This document shows, in pieces, positions 45,578 through 51,537 of a stretch of 51,537 nucleotides of DNA. The stretch is from Lentisphaeria bacterium (GTDB lineage: Bacteria; Verrucomicrobiota; Lentisphaeria; Victivallales; Victivallaceae): assembly GCA_017629975.1 (NCBI GenBank), contig JAGBWB010000152.1:1-51537 (forward strand), given 5' to 3'. How positions within the stretch are numbered: position 1 is the stretch's first letter; each line of letters starts with the position of its first letter. The position numbers and the translations under genes are program-made. The notes under the pieces were generated by a model. That model had not been told where the DNA came from. It was given only the letters and a program-made list of their open reading frames with translations, and searched no databases.

Positions 45578-46549
45578 TCAGCCCATAAAGCCTGTCACAG
45601 TGACACCTGAAGCGTCGCAGAAAAGTTCTGTTTCCGCTCCGGGGAGCGCACCTGAGAAAAAGACCAGTGCGGCGCTCTGTTCCAGAGTGGGACAGTATGT
45701 GCCTGAGGTGACGACGCCCAGCACATCGCCTGCGGCATTGCACACTTTGACCCCGGCATAGGGGGCACGGCGGCCCTGAAAAAGCACCCGTTTCAGGGAA
45801 GTGCTGATTTCTGAGGCGGTTTTCGGAGCGAGGAGTTCAGGGGCGCCGGGAAGAGAATGTTCCAGACGCAAAGACTCCTGAGCCGCCAGTCCTGCGGGCC
45901 AGGGGATATCGGTTTCAAGAAAGAGATCCCAGATCTGGTCGGCACATTCGGCGTTGAAACTGATCTCAAATCCCTCTTCGCCGAAGTCATCGGTAAAGGA
46001 GACAATGGCGCGGAGCTGATCTATTTCAATGACCTTTGTTTCGCCCGGCCTGGGGAGTTCATCTTTATTCACGCCGCAGAGGGCAAAGACTTCAGCGCTT
46101 TCAGGCCCGCTGATGCCGATGCCGCAGAGATACTCTGAAAGGTCGCCGTACTCAATTTCTGACTCCTCAAAAAGTTTCTGCACCCGGGGAACACTCTGAA
46201 AGGGAACTGTAATGAAAAAATCATCTTCCCCCATGACGGAAACACGGCAGAAAGCCGCTGCAATGCCTTGAGAGTCAACGAAAAGTTCCCTGCGGCAGCT
46301 GCCGGGGAGTCTTTCAGCGTTCCTGTCAAAGAAAAGTTTCCCCAGAGCCTCCGCCGCCCCTTTGAATGCCACCCGGAACCTGCCGTCGGCGCAAAAATCA
46401 AAGAGCGCCGCCTTTGAGCGGCAGCACTCATGTTCATCGGCTGCGCCCTCAGAGAAGTTCAAAGGCAGATTCCATCCGGAGCGGGGCACCATCTTTGCGC
46501 CCATTTCCAGATGGAACTCTCTGAGGGGGGTGTTTTTAAGTTCTGCCAT
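45578..46549 (-). CDS. Divergent aminomethyltransferase (GcvT) family folate-binding protein
   Basis: The N-terminus matches the GcvT pattern (TPL..FH...GAKMV...GW.LP..F......EH...R..AALFD) and the C-terminal barrel is GcvT-like (GVVTSGTYCPTL). At 323 aa it is shorter than typical GcvT, and several positions I recall as conserved differ. Confidence 0.65.
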   Translation of the reverse strand: MAELKNTPLREFHLEMGAKMVPRSGWNLPLNFSEGAADEHECCRSKAALFDFCADGRFRVAFKGAAEALGKLFFDRNAERLPGSCRRELFVDSQGIAAAFCRVSVMGEDDFFITVPFQSVPRVQKLFEESEIEYGDLSEYLCGIGISGPESAEVFALCGVNKDELPRPGETKVIEIDQLRAIVSFTDDFGEEGFEISFNAECADQIWDLFLETDIPWPAGLAAQESLRLEHSLPGAPELLAPKTASEISTSLKRVLFQGRRAPYAGVKVCNAAGDVLGVVTSGTYCPTLEQSAALVFFSGALPGAETELFCDASGVTVTGFMG

Positions 46550-46555
46550 AAAAAC

Positions 46556-47263
46556 TCACTGGAGTTTTGAACCGAAAAGTTCTTTTGCGGCTTTGAGCCG
46601 TGCCACAGCCGTTGCCATTCCTTCGGGGTGACGGAAGACCGCAGTTCCCGCCACCATGATGTCGGCACCGTAAGCGGCACACTCTTTCACTGTGTTTTCA
46701 TCCACGCCGCCGTCAACCTGAAGACGGACATTCAATCCCCGGCGGTCGATCTCTTTGCGGAACGCCGCCACTTTGGGCATCTGGTGCGCCATGAAACTCT
46801 GACCGCCGAATCCGGGTTCAACGGTCATGACCAGCACCATGTCGATCTTGTCAAGGTAGGGAAAAACCGCTTCTGCGGGAGTGGCGGGTTTCATGGAAAT
46901 ACCCACCTGGGCGCCCAGTCCGTGGATGGCGGCAATGGTGGCGTCAATGTCATCGGCACACTCGATGTGGAAGGTCATCAGATCAGCACCCGCCTCTTCG
47001 CGGAACATGCGGGCGTAGCGCAGCGGATGTTCGATCATCAGATGGACATCAAAGAAAAGTTTGCTGTTTTTCCGCAGAGGTTTGAGAACAGGAGCGCCGA
47101 AAGAGATGTTGGGCACAAGGGCGCCGTCCATCACATCCAGGTGAAGCATTTCAGCTCCGGCGGCGGCGACTTCAGCGATCTGGGAGTCCAGTTTGCCGAA
47201 ATCGGCGGCGAGAAGAGAGGGTGAAACAAGGATCTCGCCTTTGGGAAAATCTGAAAGAACCAT
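46556..47263 (-). CDS. rpe: Ribulose-phosphate 3-epimerase
   Basis: VSPSLLAADFGKL...HLDVMDG.VPNISFG...DVHLM...VMTVEPGFGGQ.F...VDGG. ATG at 47263 with a GGAG RBS; the track start at 47305 is GTG inside the serS terminator. Confidence 0.93.
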   Translation of the reverse strand: MVLSDFPKGEILVSPSLLAADFGKLDSQIAEVAAAGAEMLHLDVMDGALVPNISFGAPVLKPLRKNSKLFFDVHLMIEHPLRYARMFREEAGADLMTFHIECADDIDATIAAIHGLGAQVGISMKPATPAEAVFPYLDKIDMVLVMTVEPGFGGQSFMAHQMPKVAAFRKEIDRRGLNVRLQVDGGVDENTVKECAAYGADIMVAGTAVFRHPEGMATAVARLKAAKELFGSKLQ

Positions 47264-47276
47264 TTTTATTTTCTCC

Positions 47277-47313
47277 AAAAAAGCCGGCTGCATGAAACGT
47301 GCCACGCAACCGG
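47277..47313 (-). terminator. Probable Rho-independent terminator after serS
   Basis: Minus strand reads CCGGTTGC-(14 nt)-GCAGCCGG (8 bp including one G-U) followed by CTTTTTT. Confidence 0.5.
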
Positions 47314-47343
47314 CGGTTGTTGATTTGATTGTCAGCTTCTGAC

Positions 47344-48579
47344 TCAGCCGATCCGGTCAAATCCGGTGAAGGGACGCAGAACTTCGGGGATCTCAATGGA
47401 GCCGTCTTTCTGCTGATAGTTTTCCATGATGGCGATGATGAGACGGTCCGTCGCGGCAGTGGCGCTGATGGTGTGAACAAAGTCACGCTCGTCACCCTGC
47501 TTGTAACGGATGTTCAGACGGCGGCTCTGGAAACTGGTCAGATTGGTGTTGCTGGTCACTTCGCGGTAGGTCTTGAAGGTGGGATACCAGGCTTCAATAT
47601 CATACTTCTTGTAACCGGGAGCGCCCAAGTCGCCCACGCAGACGTTGACCACATGATAGGGGATGTTCAGGGATTTGAGCAGATCCTCTTCATTTTGCAG
47701 ACAGAAGTCGTGGTACTTGGGGGAGTCCTCAGGTTTGCAGAAGACGATCTGCTCAACCTTGTGGAACTGATGGACGCGGAAGATACCCCGTGATGCCTTG
47801 CCGTAGCTGCCGGATTCGGTCCGGAAACAGGGGGTGAAGGCAGTGTAGCACAAGGGCAGCTTGTCGCCGTCAAGGACATCATCGGCGTGGTAGCCCACAA
47901 GGGTCTGTTCACTGGTTCCGATGAGAGCCAGATCTTCACCTTCAAGGTTGTAGGTCTGATCGGCGAAGAAGGGCAGATATCCGGTACCGTAAAGGGTGCG
48001 TTCCTTGGCGACGCAGGGGGTCATGAACATGGTGAAACCCCGTTTCACAAGGAACTGCTGCACATAGAAGTAAAGTGCCTGAGCGAGCATGGCACCTTTG
48101 CCTTTCCAGTAGTAGAAACCGGTTCCGGCGACTTTGGCGCCCCGGGCGATATCCAGGATATCGTGCATTTCGCCCAGCTCCTGATGGTCGCGGACGGGGA
48201 AGTCAAACTCTCTGATGGTTCCGACTTTACGCAGTTCAACGTTGCCGGTGTCATCGGAGCCGTCGGGCACATCGGGGGCAAGAAGGTTGGGGATGCGGGT
48301 CAGCACAGCCATCATCTTCTTGTTGATCCCGTCCATGGCGGTCTCTTTGGAACCGAGGGTCAGTTTGATCTTCTTGACCTCTTCCCGGGCGGCGGGGTCG
48401 GAGGCGCACTCTTTGCTCAGTTTGTTGCGGCGGGCGCGGAGTTCCTCCGCTTCGCGCTCAAGGGCGCGGTAATCTTTGTCAAGGGCAAGGAGTCCGTCAA
48501 TATCAAGGGGAAAACCGCGGCGCTGGCAGTTTGCCTTGATCATCTCGGCATTTTCACGGATAAGTTTAAGATCCAGCAT
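47344..48579 (-). CDS. serS: Serine--tRNA ligase
   Basis: An N-terminal coiled-coil arm (MLDLKLIREN...) and class II motifs (FRTESGSYGKASRGIFRVHQF; GLATSRLI-like TISATAATDRLIIAIMENYQ). Confidence 0.95.
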   Translation of the reverse strand: MLDLKLIRENAEMIKANCQRRGFPLDIDGLLALDKDYRALEREAEELRARRNKLSKECASDPAAREEVKKIKLTLGSKETAMDGINKKMMAVLTRIPNLLAPDVPDGSDDTGNVELRKVGTIREFDFPVRDHQELGEMHDILDIARGAKVAGTGFYYWKGKGAMLAQALYFYVQQFLVKRGFTMFMTPCVAKERTLYGTGYLPFFADQTYNLEGEDLALIGTSEQTLVGYHADDVLDGDKLPLCYTAFTPCFRTESGSYGKASRGIFRVHQFHKVEQIVFCKPEDSPKYHDFCLQNEEDLLKSLNIPYHVVNVCVGDLGAPGYKKYDIEAWYPTFKTYREVTSNTNLTSFQSRRLNIRYKQGDERDFVHTISATAATDRLIIAIMENYQQKDGSIEIPEVLRPFTGFDRIG

Positions 48580-48599
48580 TTCAACAATATTTCCTTAAA

Positions 48600-50318
48600 T
48601 TATTTGTACTGGGGCATGGGGAATGCCGCCATGAAGTTTTTGACCTCTTCGCCCAGAGCTTTGAGGGCGTTTTCATCATCGCGCAGAGCGACGCCGCGTT
48701 CAATGAAGTCTGCCACATTGACCATTTCAGCTTCTTTGAGACCGCGGGTGGTGATGGCGGGGGTGCCGATACGGATACCGCTGGTGACGAAAGGCTTTTC
48801 GGGGTCAAAGGGGATCATGTTCTTGTTGACGGTGATGCGGGCGATGTCAAGGGCGTTGGCAACGGCCTTGCCGGTGGCCTGTTTGGGACGCAGGTCAATG
48901 AGCATCAGGTGGTTGTCGGTTCCGCCGGAAACGATCCGGAATCCGCGTTTGGCGAGTTCATCAGCCAGTTTGGCGGCGTTGAGCTTCACCTGCTGCTGGT
49001 AGGCCTTGAACTCAGGCTTGAGCGCTTCAAGGAAACAGACAGCCTTGGCGGCGATGACGTGTTCCAGCGGTCCGCCCTGAAGTCCGGGGAAGACGGCGGA
49101 GTTGATGGCCTTGATGTACTCTTCTTTGCAGAGGATCAGACCGCCGCGGGGTCCGCGCAGAGTCTTGTGGGTGGTGGTGGTAACGATGTCGCAGTAGGGG
49201 ACGGGGTTGGGGTGGACGCCTGCGGCAACAAGACCTGCGATGTGGGCCATATCCACAAAGAGGATGGCGCCCACTTTGTCGGCGATGGCGCGCAGACGGG
49301 CAAAGTCAATGACTCTGGGATAGGCGCTGGCACCGGCAAGGATCATGCGGGGTTTGTTTTCAACGGCAAGTTTTTCCACTTCATCGTAGTCGATCATCTC
49401 GGTCTCGCGGGAAACGCCGTAGGGGATCATGTTGTAAAGTTTGCCTGAGAAGTTCAGGGGGTGTCCGTGGGTCAGGTGACCGCCGTGGTCAAGGCTCATG
49501 GCAAGGACGGTGTCGCCGGGCTGGCAGAGAGCGGTGTAGACAGCCTGGTTGGCTCCGGAGCCGGAGTGGGGCTGCACGTTGGCGGCTTCAGCGCCGAAAA
49601 GTTCTTTGGCGCGTTCAATGGCAAGGGTTTCCACCTGGTCAACAAATTCGCAGCCGTTGTAGTAGCGTTTGCCGGAGTATCCTTCGGCGTACTTGTTGGT
49701 CAGCACAGAGCCCTGAGCGGCGCGGACAGCGCAGCTGGCGAAGTTTTCGCTGGCGATCAGCTCGATACCGTCGTTCTGGCGGGCGCTTTCCCGGTCAATG
49801 GCGGCGGCGATCTCAGGATCGGTGGCACGGACGGCGGCAATATCGTCGTAGGTGTAGGTTTCAAGTTTGTTCAGACGGCGGGCATGACGCTCGGCGCCGG
49901 TAAAGGGTGTGGAAAAGAAGGCTTCAATGATCTTGTGGATATCATCGTTGTCGCAGGCATCGCCGGGCAGCACCAGACAGTTGGCGGCGTTGTGCTCTCT
50001 GCCTCTGGCGGCGATTTCGGGAGTTCCGGCGACCACAGCGCGGACGCCGTGGAAACGGTTGGCGGTCATAGCCATGCCGAGTCCGGTACGGCAGATCAGC
50101 ACCAGTGCGTCAATGACGCCGCAGCTGAGAGCCTTGGCGGCAGGAGCGCTGAAATCAGGGTAGTCATCACCGGGATCGGCTGCGGAAGGTCCGAAGTCAA
50201 TGACCTGATGTCCGTGAGATTTCAACACTTCAGCCAGTTTTCCTTTGGCAGAAAATCCGGCATGATCAGTACCGATTCCGATGGTCAGTTTCTGACCGGC
50301 GATTTCTTTGATGCTCAT
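48600..50318 (-). CDS. glyA: Fusion protein: N-terminal RpiB/LacAB-type ribose-5-phosphate isomerase domain + C-terminal serine hydroxymethyltransferase
   Basis: Residues about 10-150 are RpiB-like ([10 protein letters not shown]...DYPDF...[17 protein letters not shown]...REHNAANCL). Residues about 155-572 are SHMT (IELIASENF..., [17 protein letters not shown]-Lys motif). It is one uninterrupted 572-codon ORF. Confidence 0.9.
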   Translation of the reverse strand: MSIKEIAGQKLTIGIGTDHAGFSAKGKLAEVLKSHGHQVIDFGPSAADPGDDYPDFSAPAAKALSCGVIDALVLICRTGLGMAMTANRFHGVRAVVAGTPEIAARGREHNAANCLVLPGDACDNDDIHKIIEAFFSTPFTGAERHARRLNKLETYTYDDIAAVRATDPEIAAAIDRESARQNDGIELIASENFASCAVRAAQGSVLTNKYAEGYSGKRYYNGCEFVDQVETLAIERAKELFGAEAANVQPHSGSGANQAVYTALCQPGDTVLAMSLDHGGHLTHGHPLNFSGKLYNMIPYGVSRETEMIDYDEVEKLAVENKPRMILAGASAYPRVIDFARLRAIADKVGAILFVDMAHIAGLVAAGVHPNPVPYCDIVTTTTHKTLRGPRGGLILCKEEYIKAINSAVFPGLQGGPLEHVIAAKAVCFLEALKPEFKAYQQQVKLNAAKLADELAKRGFRIVSGGTDNHLMLIDLRPKQATGKAVANALDIARITVNKNMIPFDPEKPFVTSGIRIGTPAITTRGLKEAEMVNVADFIERGVALRDDENALKALGEEVKNFMAAFPMPQYK

Positions 50319-50767
50319 TACTTATCTCCTTGGTTAGGGTTATTTAATTCTATAAAGAGTTGATCTATAAATGGTTTCATAAAGTTGAAAACAGCCTTGT
50401 AATCCTCAACGCTGCCGCCGAAGGGGTCGGGGACATCCTCATTCGGGATCAGAGTCCGGATCCTCTCTTTAAGTTCCGGCACGATATGGCGCATCATGGC
50501 GGCGTGGGTACGGGTCATGCCCACCATCAGATCGTAACTCTGCGCCCGCCGGGGGGTGAAAGCTGTGGATGAAAACGCCTCTGTTTCAATGCCCAGCTCT
50601 TTCATGACCGCATGGGCGGCGTGTGAAATGGGAGCGCCGTCATTGGCATAGATCCCGGCGGAACAGGCGGAAAAAGCGCTGTTGTGTTTCCGGACAAGGT
50701 GGTTGAAGTAAAGTTCAGCCATGGGACTGCGGCAGCTGTTGCCGGTACAGACAAAAAGGACTTTCAT
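50318..50767 (-). CDS. Low-molecular-weight protein (Tyr/Arg) phosphatase family protein
   Basis: [18 protein letters not shown] (CX5R(S/T) P-loop) and a DP motif near the C-terminus. ATG at 50767 with a GGGAGG RBS. The stop overlaps the fusion-gene ATG by 1 nt (TAATG). Confidence 0.85.
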   Translation of the reverse strand: MKVLFVCTGNSCRSPMAELYFNHLVRKHNSAFSACSAGIYANDGAPISHAAHAVMKELGIETEAFSSTAFTPRRAQSYDLMVGMTRTHAAMMRHIVPELKERIRTLIPNEDVPDPFGGSVEDYKAVFNFMKPFIDQLFIELNNPNQGDK

Positions 50768-50769
50768 TA

Positions 50770-51198
50770 TCACAGCACCTCCCCGCCCAGCCAGAGTGTA
50801 TGTCCGGGGGCACATTTGAATCCGCATTCAGCGTAAAACTTTTCGGTTCCGGGAACTCCCACCAGTCCGATCCACTCGATGCGGCGTTTTTTCAACTCGT
50901 CTCTCAGGGCGCAGACGATCATCCTCCCCACTCCCTGACGGCGGAAACTGCTTTTGACCATGATGTCCTGGATATAGGCATCAGAAACACCGTCTGAAAT
51001 GGCTCTTCCCACGCCCGTCACATCACCCTGAGAGGTAAAAGCCCCCGCCACGATAAAGGAGTTGGCGAAGGCATTTCCGGGGAAAGCGGGATCTGTATTT
51101 TCATCTATCCAGCGGTTTTCAAGGTACAGTTCCCGTGCCGCCTGAAGAAATCCGGGCGTAAACTGTTGAACTGTTTTTACCTGAAAACTGTCGCTCAT
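50770..51198 (-). CDS. GNAT-family N-acetyltransferase
   Basis: Acetyl-CoA binding motif (RRQGVGRMIV) and typical GNAT length (142 aa). Confidence 0.8.
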   Translation of the reverse strand: MSDSFQVKTVQQFTPGFLQAARELYLENRWIDENTDPAFPGNAFANSFIVAGAFTSQGDVTGVGRAISDGVSDAYIQDIMVKSSFRRQGVGRMIVCALRDELKKRRIEWIGLVGVPGTEKFYAECGFKCAPGHTLWLGGEVL

Positions 51199-51225
51199 GA
51201 CAAATCCTTTTGTTGTTGAAACTTA

Positions 51226-51537
51226 TTACATACGCTCCACAACGGCTTTGGCGAATGCGGAACAGCTCACTTCGGTGGCGCCGTCGGTCAGGCGTGCCAG
51301 ATCAAAGGTCATGATCTTATCGGCGATGGTCCTCTCAAGAGCATTGATGACCAGATCGGCGGCTTCATTCCATCCCAGATGGCGCAGCAGCATTTCTCCT
51401 GAAAGGGTGAGAGAGCTGGGGTTCGCCTTGTCGGTACCGGCAAATTTGGGTGCCGTGCCGTGGGTCGCCTCAAAAATGGCATGACCGGTGAGGAAGTTGA
51501 TGTTGGCGCCGGGAGCGATGCCGATACCGCCCACACA
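51226..51537 (-). CDS. icd: NADP-dependent isocitrate dehydrogenase, C-terminal fragment (5' part lies beyond the right window edge)
   Basis: [12 protein letters not shown]...[32 protein letters not shown] matches the E. coli Icd C-terminus almost position for position. Confidence 0.9.
   Translation of the reverse strand, partial: CVGGIGIAPGANINFLTGHAIFEATHGTAPKFAGTDKANPSSLTLSGEMLLRHLGWNEAADLVINALERTIADKIMTFDLARLTDGATEVSCSAFAKAVVERM

Overview
The 51.5 kb window looks like a core chromosomal segment from a moderately GC-rich bacterium. Gene content (DUF4838/CBM9-like secreted protein, several Sel1-repeat proteins, xylose-isomerase-like TIM barrel, multiple SPFH paralogs) weakly suggests the PVC group (Lentisphaerota, Kiritimatiellota or Verrucomicrobiota); this is a guess and no search was possible. 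I call 46 protein-coding genes, 44 of them on the minus strand, packed into long operons with many 4-nt overlaps or gaps under 10 nt. Only cstA and the DUF4838-like gene are on the plus strand.

Most genes are housekeeping:
- Translation and chaperones: metG, serS, smpB, grpE-dnaJ.
- DNA and cell division: mutS, ftsK, a RodZ-like gene, maf.
- preQ0 and pterin: queD-queE-queC plus folB.
- Fatty-acid and aromatic biosynthesis: aroQ-accB-accC.
- One-carbon and pentose metabolism: purU, rpe, a GcvT-like gene, an rpiB::glyA fusion.
- Other: icd (3' end only), Asp23/AmaP stress genes.

I found no rRNA, tRNA, tmRNA, CRISPR array, transposase, integrase or recognisable phage-defence genes. The many long ORFs antisense to real genes are codon-bias shadow ORFs.

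The best candidates for something undescribed are:
1. A 10.4 kb, seven-gene translationally coupled membrane operon (43074->32664): three SPFH/band-7 paralogs, one with a polytopic N-terminal extension, then a His/Cys-repeat P1B ATPase, an ABC-2 exporter and an unrecognised 545-aa helical protein.
2. A zinc-ribbon protein with an extreme D/E/F tail, encoded partly by a perfect 3 x 15 bp repeat, that leads a compact queD-queE-queC-folB-mutS-TIM-barrel operon.
3. A Sel1-repeat locus split by the only TAG stop codon in the window, with the downstream ORF in the same frame.
4. An RpiB::SHMT gene fusion preceded by an LMW phosphatase gene.

All family assignments rest on motifs recognised by eye, not on database searches.
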